Both the position numbers and the translations under genes were made by a program. From Felis catus (lineage: Eukaryota), in contig NC_058368.1 of assembly GCF_018350175.1 (NCBI RefSeq), positions 116,252,001 through 116,316,000 of the forward strand: 64,000 nucleotides of DNA, written 5' to 3'. Position 1 is the stretch's first letter; each line of letters starts with the position of its first letter. This document shows, one piece after another, positions 36,895 to 49,640 of this stretch. The notes under the pieces are model-generated. The model was not told the DNA's origin and did not search any database. It was given only the letters and a program-made list of their open reading frames with translations.

Positions 36895-37737
36895 AAGCTC
36901 ACACCAAATTAGATGTAGAGATTGGGGGGGGGTGGGGGGGGGTTGGTGGGAGGAAGGGGTAAGATGATGAAAGAATGTAGGGAACTGGGGAGGAGATGAA
37001 AGGAAGATAAATGTCCCTGCTGCTTTCCTTCGCCCTGGAGGCCACTTCCTTAGGCTGCTGAGAACCACACTCCAGACAAGTGGAGGGATTCTGTCACTTG
37101 CCCACTTTGCCATTCCTTCAATTTTTATTCCTCCACTTATGAAAACATTTTATGAATACTGTACTTAAGGAGTATTTAGATACTAGAGAGACAGGGGTAA
37201 GATAATCATGGTCCCTAACTTCATCAGTTTAAATTCCACTGGGAAAGACCAACACGCAATTGTTGGAGTGGGATAGAGGTGGCTAAGGGAAGCACCAGCT
37301 GTGGGAGCAGAGAGGCCTCTAAGCCCTTCTTGGAGGGTGGCGAAGGTGGGGTGGTGGGAGTTGGAGAAAAGAAAAGGGTGCATAACTTGAAATTTGAAGA
37401 ATGAATAAACACTGTGCAGGATAAGATGGAGGGACATGTTCTAGGCCGAGGGTGCAGCATGTGCAAAAGCCTGGTGTTTTTCCCCTGTGATAAGCTGAAT
37501 TTCTGGGGTCATAGAACCCCCTTCTATCCATGCTTTTCCAAGCTCTAGAGTGCAAGAAGCCCCACCATTTGCAATGGAAAATTCTAGAGGCCAGAGGGAG
37601 AAAGGGCAATTCAGTGGCAAGCCCAGAATAAGATCCAATTTTTCCTTATCCCCTACCAACTCCTTTGCCTTGTTCTTTGCCCTACTGTGCCCCTGAGCAC
37701 TTGCTCTGACTCAACTATGTCTTCTCTTCGTTCACAG

Positions 37738-37970
37738 GTGTTTACTCAGGAAGTTAGGACATTGTTGGTTTTTGGCTTAACAGCCAGATGTTCAGTCGTC
37801 TGGGAACAATGGGGCAGGACTGGAGGGCAGCTGGCCAAGACTTGTATTGCCCTCTTGAGCAGGAGGTAGAGAGTGGCAGGGAACAAGCAGGTCTGCTGGT
37901 AAGCCCTGGTGACTGACTAGGCCCTATTCACTCTCTATCCCATTAAAGGGACCTGGAAGCCCTTCCTATT
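37738..37970 (+). other. SLC4A9: Probable non-coding terminal exon 22 of SLC4A9 with ATTAAA poly(A) signal at 37942-37947
   Basis: Strong acceptor CTCTGAC...TCTTCTCTTCGTTCACAG|G at 37737; ATTAAA about 200 nt downstream, followed by T-rich sequence. Confidence 0.65.
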
Positions 37971-38884
37971 TTAAACTTTCTGCCCTTACAAATTCTTCTT
38001 TACAGAATTGGGGGTCTTCAGCAAACTTTCTTCAGTTTGCAAAAGGGGAAACAAACTTTCCAGAAAAATTATTTCTCTATTTAAAAGTTTTCTATACATA
38101 AAAAAAAAAAACTTTACTGATTTTTGACCACAAAAGTAAATGAGGTTATTGAAAATATCAAAACATCAAAGACACATATAATTTTGAAATGAAAACCATG
38201 CCAGTGATAACCAGTGTTCACATTTTAGTGTATATTGTTCAGATTTATTTCAAGGGACACGTTAATATTTTTATTAAAATGGGATTATACTCTTGAGTTC
38301 TACATGTTTGTCACTTAATGTGAGTTGAATATGTTCCCCTGTTGGTACATACATCCTTTATCTACCTCATTCTTTTTGTAATCTGCATAGAATGAATAAC
38401 CTTATAATCTGAAAAAGGTATCATATACACAAGAGAGTATATAAAATGTCTTCTGCAAGTACAAGAATTTCTTCAGAGTACATACGTAGGAGTGAAATTA
38501 AAGAGTAATGATAGAGCACTTGTGTATGTCAGTTCATCTGTGAATTTTAAAATTAAAAATTACATTTAATCTAGCATCTAGCATTTTAGTTGTTTTAGTC
38601 AGGAAGGCTATTCAAAAAGTTTAATCTATACAAGGCCAGAAGTGGAAATTCTTTTTTCTATAATGTTTTATTTTTAAGTAAATTCTCCCCCCAATTTGGG
38701 GCTCAAACTCACAACCCCAATATCAAGAGTTGTACATTCCACCATGAACCAGCCAGGTGCCCCAGAAGTAGAAATTTTGAAGGCTCTTTTTAGTGCCTTT
38801 TTTTTTTTTAAAGATGTTGTTTTTTTATTTTTTATTTTTTATTTTTTTATTTTTGAGAGAGCAAGAGTACCCAAGTGAGTGAGG

Positions 38885-38939
<55 letters not shown>

Positions 38940-40889
38940 GGGTCTCACCTGGTGGGGCTTGAGTTCACCCATGTGGGACTTGAACTCACTAACGGTGAGA
39001 TCATGACCTGAGTCAAAGTGAGATGTATAATGACTGAACCACACAGGTGCCCAGCTCTTCTAAATGTTTTTTTTAAAAAGGCTCCTAACATTACAGCCTG
39101 AGTACCTATTGATTGAGAGAAATATATACCAAAAGTATAATTTAAACTTAGATAGTTATGTATTTTACTCATTTCAGCAGCATCTACATAATGGTGAAAA
39201 CATCTGTATTTAGACTTATTTAAACATTCAACAAATACTTATTGAACATCAGCAATGTCTTGTCAGGTAAAATTTCTAACATCATGGAGTTTATACTGAA
39301 AGACAGAAATAACAAACAAAAACATTATCTGGGATAATGACAAGTACACTGAAGAAAATCAGTAATATGATAGGGACTGGGAGAAGTTTACTAGAGATGG
39401 ATGCTCAAGGGAGGCCTCTCTGAGTAGGTGATCTTTAAGCTGGCACCTGCATGACAAGGAACCAACTAAATTATCATCTGCCTGCAGCCAAGACATGGTA
39501 AACATTAAGTGTCCTACAGTCCCCAGATTGGGAACCACTGTCATAAGGGGAAGACTATGAGGTGAGCTCTGGCTTCAGTTGTAGCCCTTAGCTTGCTCAG
39601 TCCAGGCCATGTGAGCCTGAAACATTCCTTTCCTGGCTCTAACCCACAGTCTTCAGTTTTCTGTCAGTAAAATTGGGCCACAGTCCTGATTCTAGGGTGC
39701 TATAAGGGTTAATTGATGCCTATAACATTTTTAAGATGTTTAGATGAAAAACTCAGGGCTGTATGGAGGGTTATGAGAGCCTCCCTAGCCCCAGGGAAAA
39801 TCTCTCCATATCAGTAACATAGGTCCTCTCTTCTCTAGTCTGTAGCTGTGGGACAATGACTTTCACACTTTTGTGGGTATTAGGTTGTTATAATGTGAAT
39901 TCCTTGGGCTCTTGGCCTGAGGTTCTGATTTTCCCTGAGGTTCTGTGTCCTTCTGTCCCCTCGTCCAGGACCTCATGTTTCCCAACACTCTAGATTTCTG
40001 TCTTTGCAAATGGACCAGAGTATGTACTTGTCCATATATACTGTGGTCAGAGACATCTTAGGTCATTTTTCCTAAGAGCAATCAAGAGGAGACATTGGGG
40101 AAGGCAGGAATGTGTCTGTATCTACTTCTCAAATGTAGACCGATATTAGGAGGAGGATTAGGAGAAAACCTTGAATAAGAAGGGAGGAATTGCCGACTGG
40201 TCGAAAATGAGAAAAGAAGGTGAGTACAAGGAAAATAATCCTGGTGTGAGGCCAGTTCACTGCTTCTTACCTCTTTTCCTGGTGCTGAATTCCACTGTAG
40301 GAGCTGTCCAGGAGTTGACAACAAATTCCTTCAACAAATACATATATATTAAATGTCTATTATATGCCAGGCAATGTAGTCTATTGTATTACTAGGTGTA
40401 GGAATTCAATGTGAAATAAGATCTCTGCTTTCCTGGAGCTTCCATTCTAGTAGGGGGAGGCAGCAAATAAATAAATACAATGATATATATGTAAGACTAT
40501 TTCAGACAGTGGTAAGTACAATAATACAAGATAACATAATAAAGAGGGAGAGTTTGGCAAGTGACTGTCTTAGATTGGGGGTTAGTAAGGGCCTCTCTGA
40601 GAAGATAACATTTGAGCAGAGACCTGAATGACAAGAAGTCAGCCTTGGGAATAGGGGAGAGGGAGTGGAGGGAAAGAAAGCATTTTTTGGCCAAGGTAAT
40701 ATCAGTGTCAAGGCCCTCAGGCAGGAAGAGCTTCAGAATGTTTGAGAAGGCCCACAGAGCTAGAGTGGAGGAGTGAGGGAGAGAACAGGGGAAGGTGAGG
40801 TTGGAAAAGATGAGGATCAGTGTGGTAGGCTACATAATGAATACTTTGAAAGAGGCAATATGGATGAGGCCTTGTCCCTTTGGGTAAGA

Positions 40890-41706
40890 ATAGTAGAGGC
40901 CAACCTAGAGCAGCCAAAACAATCTTGAAAATGAAGAACCAAGTTATAGGACTCACAACCTCTGATTTTCAAAATTACTTCAAAGCTCCTATAATCCAGA
41001 CAGTGTGGTACTTGCAGAAGGAAATACATACAGGATTGACAGTCTAGGAACACATACTCACACTTACGGTCAATTGATTTTTGACGAGAATGCCAAGACA
41101 ATGGTGAAAAAAAATAGTCTTTTCAACAAAAGTTTCTGGGAAAACTGGATATCTCCATGCAAAAGCAAGAAGTTGGACGCCTGCCTCATACCATATGCAA
41201 TGATTAACTCAAAATGCATCAAAAACTTAAATATAAGAGCTAAAATCATCTCTTCTTAGAAGAAAATAAGCCTTAATCCTCATGACCTTGGACTTGGCAA
41301 TGGTTTCTTAGAATGATACCAAAACACAAGGAACAAAATAAAAAAATAAATTAGACCTCATAAAAATTTTAAAACTTCTATCCTCCAACTGGCACTATCT
41401 AGAAAGTGAAAACAACCAGCAGAATGGGAGAAAATACATGTAATTATACATCTGATAAGGGACTTGTATCTAGAATATATTAAGAACTCTTACAACTCAA
41501 TAACAAGAAGACAAATAACTCAATTTAAAAATAGGCAAAGGAAGGGGCACCTGGGGAGGCTCGGTGATTGAGTGTCTGTCGGACTCTTGATTTCGGCTCA
41601 GGTCATGATCCCAGGGTCATGGGATTGAGCCCTGTGTAAGGTTCCATACTGAGCATGGAGCCTGCTTAGGATTCTCTTTCTCTCCTTCACTGGCTCATGC
41701 TCTCTC

Positions 41707-41779
<73 letters not shown>

Positions 41780-43095
41780 AAAGCAAAAACAAAAACAAAG
41801 GAAGGGGCATCTGGCTGGCTTAATCGGTGGATCATGCGGCTTTTGATCTTAGGGTGGTGAGTTTCAGCCCCACATTAGGTGAAGCACTTACTAAAAAAAA
41901 AAAAAAAAAAAAAATAGACAAGGCCTCCAAATAAACATTTATCTAAAGAATATATAATAATGGGAGGACCTGGCTGGCTTAGTCAGAAGAGTGGGATCAT
42001 TTGACCTTGTGGTCATGAGTTTGACCCCATGTTGGATATAGAGATTACTTTAAAACAAACAAACAAACAAACTAGGGGTGCCTGGGTGACTCAGTCAATT
42101 GAGTGTCTGACTTTGCCTCAGGTAATCTCATAGTTCGCCTCAGGTAATCTCATTGAGTTCAAGCCCCACATTGGGCTGGCGGCTGTCAGCACAGATCCTG
42201 CTTCAGATCCTCTGTCCCCATGTCTCTCTGCCTCTCCTCTGCTTGCGTTCTCTCTCAAAAATGAATAAACATATATAAAAATAAATAAGTAAATAAACTT
42301 AAAAAATAAAGAAGATATACAAATGGACAATAAGCACATGAAAAGATGCTCAACATCATTAGCCATTAGGAAAATGTAAATCAAAATCACAATGAGATAC
42401 TGTTCACACACATTAGGATGGCTATAAATAACAAGTATTGGTGAGGATGCAGAGAAGTTGGAACCCTCACACATCACTGGTGGGAATGTAAAATGATGCA
42501 GCAGCCCTGAAAATAGTTTGTGTCCTTCTAAAAGTTAAATATAGAATCATCATATGATCTAGCAATCCCACTCCTAGATATATACCCAAAAGATTTAAAA
42601 GCAGGGACGCAAACAGATACTTTGTACCAATGTTCACAGCAGCATTATTCACAATAGTCAAAAGGTGAAAACAACTCTGATGACTCAACAATGCAAAGTG
42701 ATGAATAAACAAAATGTATTATATCCATACAGTGGAATATAATTCAGCAATAAAATGTAATGAAACACTGATACATGCTACAACATTGATGAACTTTGAA
42801 AACATCATTCTAAGTGAAAGAAACTAGTCACAAAGGACTACATATTGTATGATTCCATTTATGTTAACTATCCAGAATAGGCAAATCTATAAAGATAGAA
42901 ATTAGACTATTGGTTGCCAAAGGTTTGGCACCTGGGAGGGAAGGGGTGGGGAGGTTAAAGGTAATGGCTAAGGAGTATAGGACTTATTTTTAGGGCTGAT
43001 GAAAATGTTCCAGAATAGATGTGATGGTTGTACAACTCTGTGAATACAATAAGAGCCACAAAATTATGTGGTCTGTAAATTATATTTCAATAAAC
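40890..43095 (+). mobile_element. Old mammalian LINE-1 (L1M) 3' fragment interrupted by four CanSINEs (41544-42310)
   Basis: ORF2 remnants YGQLIFDENAKT..KNSLFNK..WENWIS.CK..KLD..LIPY..INSK.IK.LN; L1 3'UTR ending AATAAA at ~43089. Confidence 0.88.
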
Positions 43096-44832
43096 CTATT
43101 TAAAAAAATAAAAAGAAGGGCGCCTGGGTGCCTCAATTGTTTAAGCATCTGTCTTTGGCTGAGGTCATGATCTCGTGGTTCATGAGTTTGAGCCCTACGT
43201 AGGGCTCTGTGCTGACAGCTCAGAGCCTGGAGCCTGCTTTGGATTTTGTGTCTCCTTCACCCTCTACCCCTCCCCTGCTCACGCTCTGTGTCTCTCTCAA
43301 AAATAAATAAACATTAAAAATAAAAAAAATAATAAAAAGAATGGTAGGGGCCAGAGCCTGGTATCTAATTAGCAGGGTCACAACAGGGAGGCTGAAAACC
43401 TCTAGGGCCTCCAAGACCAAAGGAATTACCACTGCTGGGCAAGAACTGGGGGAATTCTCCAATACTGACTCCAGGAACCTAACAGTTAAGTGAACCCAAG
43501 GGAAGAACCACAGTCTTGGGAGATTTCTCCAGGTTGTTTTTAGAGACCTGTGTTTGTTCATCTCCTGCGAATATATCCGTGTCCAAAGGGGAAAATGTAT
43601 AATGATGCAAACTAGAGCTGTGCTCTCTTTCTAGATCCTCTGCTCTTCTCAATGATAATATATTAATGTCAGAGTCCTTAGCTCCAGCCTGACCTGTCTT
43701 CTCTTTATTAATAACCACAGGATCATAGAGCTGGAAGATCATCTCCTCTTAAAGATGCAGAACTGAGGGTTCAGAGGAGAGTTACCTGCTTGATCACACA
43801 GCCAGTAAACAGCATAGAGGGGACCCAAATTACGGTGAAACACCTTACCCCTAAATTCCCCATCCTAGTGACTAAATCCCTAATGAATCAGTAATAGCCT
43901 AAGGAAGGACAGCTGTCAGGCCAAGGGGAAGGGATGGATGGTAGGAGAGCAAGGGAGAGGTGCGGGTGGATGTGGAGGTGGAAAGTGACATATGTGGCAA
44001 AGTAGTTATTATGCTGCTTTACATTTTTTTCTAAGTTTGATTTCTTTCCATATTTGTCCATTCTTTAAAAAAAATTTTTTTTAACGTTTATTTATTTTTG
44101 AGACAGAGAGAGACAGAGCATGAATGGGGGAGGGGCAGAGAGAGAGGGAGACACAGAATCGGAAGCAGGTTCCAGGCTCTGAGCCGTCAGCCCAGAGCCC
44201 GACGCGAGGCTTGAACTCACGGACTGCGAGATCGTGACCTGAGCTGAAGTCGGACGCTTAACCGACTGAGCCACCCACGTGCCCCATCCATATTTGTCTA
44301 TTCTAATTAACCATATGGGGCTGTGGCCTGGAAGAATTGTTGGTTCTTAAAACTCATTGAAGGGCTTAGGTCATTTTAAGAAATGGGCCAGCACAGGAGG
44401 AAGGAAATACAAGTATCACTGTTCTAGGAGATGTCCCTGGCTCCTCCCAGTTCCTGCTATTGAGCCCAAGTGGGCCAGTTGTGGCCCCTACAGCTTGTCC
44501 CTACCATTTAACTTCAGGTTTTCTAAATAAACTCCTCATGGCTGGGAAGGTCCCTGTCGTCTGCCCTATCTAGTCTCTCTCTTCACCCTATGCAGACGAA
44601 GTTTTATCTGGAGACTTAGAAAGAGAGAGAAGCAGGGAAAGGAGTATCTTTTCCCTTTCATAGATTCACATCAGAGATGCCCAGAGCACATTCAGAGCTC
44701 TTGCTCCCAAGCTTTGACTGCTGAGTTAAAGACGAGAGTTGGCTGAGTAAGGAAAGACTGAAAACCCAGCAGAGACTTCATAGATCATCTCCTCCATCCT
44801 TCTGCCTCCACTGCAACTGCTATATAGTACTG

Positions 44833-46190
44833 CAGCAGTCCTGAAACTTTCTGGTTTCATAACCCCTGTACACTCTTAAAAATTATTAAAGACCTACAGT
44901 TCTTTTATTTATTATTAAAGACCCAAAGAGCTCTTGTTTCTTTATTTTAATTTTTATAATATTGATTGTACTTTTTTTTTTTTAAGAGAAAGAGAGAGTG
45001 TGTGAGCAGGGGAGGGGGCAGAGAGAGAGGGAGAAAGAGAATCTTAAGCAGGCTCCACATTCAGCGTGGAGCCCAACCCGGGTCTCGATCCCATGACCCT
45101 GGGATCATGACCTGAGCTGAAATCAAGAGTTGGATGCTCAACCGACTGAGCCCTTGTTTATAGAGCATCCTGAGCTCTTGTTTATATATGTGGGTTTTTT
45201 CTATTAGTGTTTAGTGTATTGGAAATTAAAACAGGAATTTACAAAACTCTGTAAGTTTAATTCATAAATGTGAACATAAGTAACATATTTTTATGAAAAA
45301 AATCTATTTTTTGACGCAAAAATTAGTAAGAGTTAATTTTTAATGTGTGACTTAATAAAAGACAGATGGATTGTCCATCCTATCAACTTCAAAATTCAGT
45401 CAACTGCAATTAGTATTTTGGCTGAAGAATATGAAGAAAATCTGGATTCACATGGATATGTAGTTGGAAAGGGAGGGATATTTTAATGTTTTTTTTTTCA
45501 GATAATTGCAGTTATTATCTTTAATACCACATGAAAATTCAACAACTGTTAGTTTTCTAAAGGTTGAAATCATAACTATAAAATTTTCATACTTTGTTAC
45601 ATTAAAATCCACTAGCCTAGCTTTGAATTTTGTTTTATTCATTCATGGTTTTATAACATCATGTATTGGTCATTTGGGAAATACAGTTCACTGAGTTATG
45701 CAGTTCTTGCAAATACTGACACATTTTATTATATAATGTCAAAATAATATCAGAAAATACATTTTGCAATATCATCTCCTATCTCACCAAAAAAGTCTTT
45801 AAATTTTGGGAAACTGTCAACCAATGACAGTGGATGCAACTTTCCAAAATCCGCATTTATGCCCCAAAACTTGAATTTTATATTTGGAAACAATATACTG
45901 TCAGCTGTTTTCCTTCAAATGGCAGGCTCCAGAAAATGTCTGCCAAATACACCAGTCTGAATTACCAAAATTTATGTCAGTCATACTTTAAAGTAAAAAT
46001 GATGTTCCATGAAAAAATGGTTAGTTCAACTTACAACAAAAATAGTTGCATGAGTGTTTTCCCTGGAGACAACCAATGTTCAGCAGAAGTGCTCTATGTA
46101 TACTTCTCATTTCCTCAAATAGAATATTAAAATACATGTAATGAAAGGCTGAGATTTAATTAATAAAATTAATTTTTACTTCTTCATTAA
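44833..46190. mobile_element. hAT-Charlie (Charlie1/MER33-like) DNA transposon fragment with an inserted SINE
   Basis: Terminus CAGCAGTCCTGAAACTTTCTGGTTTCATAACCCCTGTACACTCTTAAAAATTATT...GACCCAAAGAGC resembles the Charlie1-family end; AT-rich body. Confidence 0.65.
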
Positions 46191-46624
46191 GGACTTTTTT
46201 TTTTTTATTTTTTTTTTTTCAACATTTATTTATTTTTGGGACAGAGAGAGACAGAGCATGAACGGGGGAGGGGCAGAGAGAGAGGGAGACACAGAATCGG
46301 AAACAGGCTCCAGGCTCCGAGCCATCAGCCCAGAGCCTGATGCGGGGCTCGAACTCACAGACCGCGAGATCGTGACCTGGCTGAAGTCGGACGCTTAACC
46401 GACTGCGCCACCCAGGCGCCCCATTAAGGACTTTTTAAAAATGTTTAAATATTTAAGAGAGAGAGCGTGTGTGCAAGCAGGGGAGAGGCAGCAAGAGAGA
46501 ATCCCAAGCAGGCTCCGCACTCAGCAGAGAGCCCAATGCCAGGCTCAGTCTCACAAACCATGAGATCATGACCTGAGCTGAAATCAGGAGTCAGATGCTC
46601 AACTGACTGAGCCACCTAGGTTCC

Positions 46625-48420
46625 CTTGCATGTCTCTTACTTTAAATTTTTTTAATGTTTATTTATTTTCGAGAGAGAGAGAGAAACAGAACGTGAACAG
46701 GGGAAGGGCAGAGAGAGAGGGAGACACAGAATCTGAAGCAGGCTCCAGGCTCTGAGCTGTCAGCACACAGCCCGAGGCGGGGCTCAAACCCACGAACAGC
46801 GAGATCATGACCTGAGCCGAAGTTGGACGTGCTTAACTGACTGAACCACCCAGGTGTCCCTGCACATCTCTCACTTTAAATCAAAAGCTAGAAACAATTA
46901 AGCTTAGTGAGGAAGGCATGTTGAAAATCAAGATAGGCAAAGTAAATTGAAAACCTTCTGTAAAGGATTCACATTCTAGATGCCATTAAGAACATTCGGG
47001 ATTCAAGGGGCACTTGGATGGCTCAGTCAAGGGTCCAACTCTTCATTTCAGCTCAGGTCATGATCTCACAGTTTGTGAGATTGAGCCCTGGGTCAGACTC
47101 TGCGCTGACAGCCTGCTTGGGATTCTCTCTCCTCTCTCTCTGCCCATCCCCCATGTGCATGAGTGCTCTTTTTCTCTCTCTCAAAATAAATAAATAAACT
47201 TAAAAAAAAAAACAACATTCGGGATTCAAACCACCAACATTAACAGGAATTTGGAAGAAGTTGATTCTAACCCTCATAGACGACCTTGAGGGATTCCAGA
47301 CTTCAATGGAGGATGTAACTGCAGATGTGATGGCAATAGCAAGAAAAATAGAGTTAGAAGTGAAGCCTGAAGATATGACTGAACTGCCACAATTTCATGG
47401 TAAAACCTTAATGGATGAGAACTTGCTTCCTCTGGATGAGCAAAGAAAATAATTTCTTAAAATGCAATCTACTCCCAGTGAAGATGCTGTGAAGATTGTT
47501 GAAATGACAATAAAGGATTTAGAATATTACATAAACTTAGTTGATAAAGCAGCAGCAGGGCTTGAAAGCATTGACTCCAATTTTTTTTTTAAGATTTAAT
47601 TTTGGGGGCACCTGGGTGGCTCAGTTGGTTGGGTCAACATCGGATCCGACTCGATTTCAACTCAAGTCATGATCTTGCAGATCATGGGATCAAGTCCCTC
47701 ACTGGGCTCGGTGCTGACAGCGTGGAGCCTGCTTGGGATTCTCTTTCCTCTCTTTCTGCCTCTCTCCCTGGCTCAGGTGCTCTCTCATAATAAATAAGCT
47801 TTTTAAAAAGATTTTATTTTATTTTATTTTAAAAAATTTCTATGTTTGTTTTTGAGAGCGAGAGAGACAGAGAGAGACAGCGCATCAGTGGGGAAGGGGC
47901 AGAGGGAGAGGGAGACAGAATCCGAAGCAGGCTCCAGGATCCGAGCTGTCAGCACAGACCCCGACATGGGGCTTGAACCCATGAACTATGAGATCATGAC
48001 CTGAGCCGAAGTCAAATGCTTAACTGAGCCACCCAGGTGCCCCCCAAAAAGATTTTAATTTTTAGTAATCTCCGCACCCAGCATGGGGCTCGAACTCACA
48101 ACCTTCAGATCCAGAGTCGCATGCTCTATCAACTGAGCCAGGCAGACACCCAGGACTAACTCCAATTTTGAAAAAAGCTCTACTGTGAGTAAAATGCTGT
48201 CAAGCAACATCGCATGCTACAGAAAAATCGTTCACAGAAAGGAAAGTCCTTCAATGAGAAAAACTTCATTGTTGTCTTGTTTTAAAAAATGGCCACAACC
48301 GCCTGAACCTTCAGCAACCACCATGTTGATCAGTTAGGAGCCATCAGCATCAAGGCAAGACCCTCTATCAGGAAAAAAAAAAAAGACCTGCTAAAAGCTC
48401 AGATGATGGTTAGCATTTTA
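46625..48420 (+). mobile_element. Internally deleted Tigger1 (TcMar) fragment split by several SINEs
   Basis: CTCACTTTAAATCAAAAGCTAGAAACAATTAAGCTTAGTGAGGAAGGCATG and transposase remnant LIDDLEGFQTSMEDVTADVMAIARKIELEVKPEDMTEL. Confidence 0.85.
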
Positions 48421-48758
48421 TAGCTGTTCCTCTACTTATTTAACCACTTATTGATGGACAAATGTAAGGCTTCTGTGAACATCTTCACACACATATTTCT
48501 GAGCTCATGTGTGAGTGTCTCTATGCCAATTCTCCCAGAATTGGAAGTGGATTTTGCCAGATTAAAGGGTATGTGCATTTAAAAATTTGAAGGCAACTCC
48601 AAACTGATTTCCTAAAGATGTTATCAATTTATAATCCTGCTAATGGCATATGAGAGGACAACAGGGAACTTGTGAGAATAATTGTTGGGCATGAGATGAT
48701 CAGGCTCTGCTAAGTGGTCTCACCAGTGCTCTTGAGGGTTTTAAAATATTTGCGTCCT

Positions 48759-49538
48759 GGGGCGCCTGGGTGGCTCAGTCAGTTAAGCATCTGACTCTTT
48801 TTTTTTTTTTTTAATTTTGTTTTTTATTTTTTAAAATTTACATCCAAATTAGTTAGCATACAGTGCAACAATGATTTCAGGAGTAGATTCCTTAGTGCCC
48901 CTTACCCATTTAGCCCATCACCCCTCCAACAACCCCTCCAGTAACCCTCAGTTTGTTCTCCATATTTATGAGTCTCTTCTGTTTTTCCCCCTCCCTGTTT
49001 TTATATGGTTTTTGTTTCCCTTCCCTATGTTCATCTGTTTTGTCTCTTAAAGTCCTCATATGAGTGAAGTCATATGATTTTTGTCTTTCTCTGACTAATT
49101 TCACTTAGTATAATACCCTCCAGTTCTATCCATGTAGTTGCAAATGGCAAGATTTCATTCTTTTTGATTGCTGAGTAATACTCCATTATATAGATATACC
49201 ACATCTTCTTTATCCATTCATCCATTGATGGACATTTGGGCTCTTTCCATACTTTGGCTATAGTTGATAGTGCTGCTATAAACACGGGGGTGCATGTGTC
49301 CCTTTGAAATAGCACACCTGTATCCCTTGGATAAATGCCTAGTGGTGCAATTGCTGGGTCGTGGGGTAGTTCTATTTTAGTTTTTTGAGGAACCTCCATA
49401 CTGTTTTCCAGAGTGGCTGCACCAGCTTGCATTCCCAAGCGTCTGACTCTTGATTTCGGTTCAGGTCATGATCTCAAAGTTCATGGGTTTGAGCCCCGTG
49501 TCTGGCTACCTGCTGACAGTGTGGAGCCTGCTTGAGAT

Positions 49539-49585
<47 letters not shown>

Positions 49586-49640
49586 GCTCCTCCCCTGATC
49601 ATGTGTTCTCTCTACCAAAATAAACTAAAAAAAATTAAAA
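48759..49640. mobile_element. CanSINE (+) interrupted by a 5'-truncated LINE-1 (-, 48800-49436)
   Basis: SINE head 48759-48799 resumes at 49437; TSD AAGCATCTGACTCTT / AAGCGTCTGACTCTT; L1 ORF2 tail [33 protein letters not shown]. Confidence 0.93.

Larger units (their letters stand above)
24526..37970 (+). other. SLC4A9: SLC4A9 (AE4) gene, bicarbonate transporter family SLC4; 21 coding exons plus a 3'UTR exon
   Basis: All 21 exons join in phase through GT-AG introns into 954 aa, from MKLPGQEEFEVSS to SELMYQPRAPEINISVN*. SLC4 motifs are intact: [85 protein letters not shown]. Confidence 0.96.

Noticed and set aside
41711..41778. About 68-nt pure poly(A)
   Set aside because: Tail of a SINE; the length may be an expansion or a sequencing artefact, with no sign of a retrogene.
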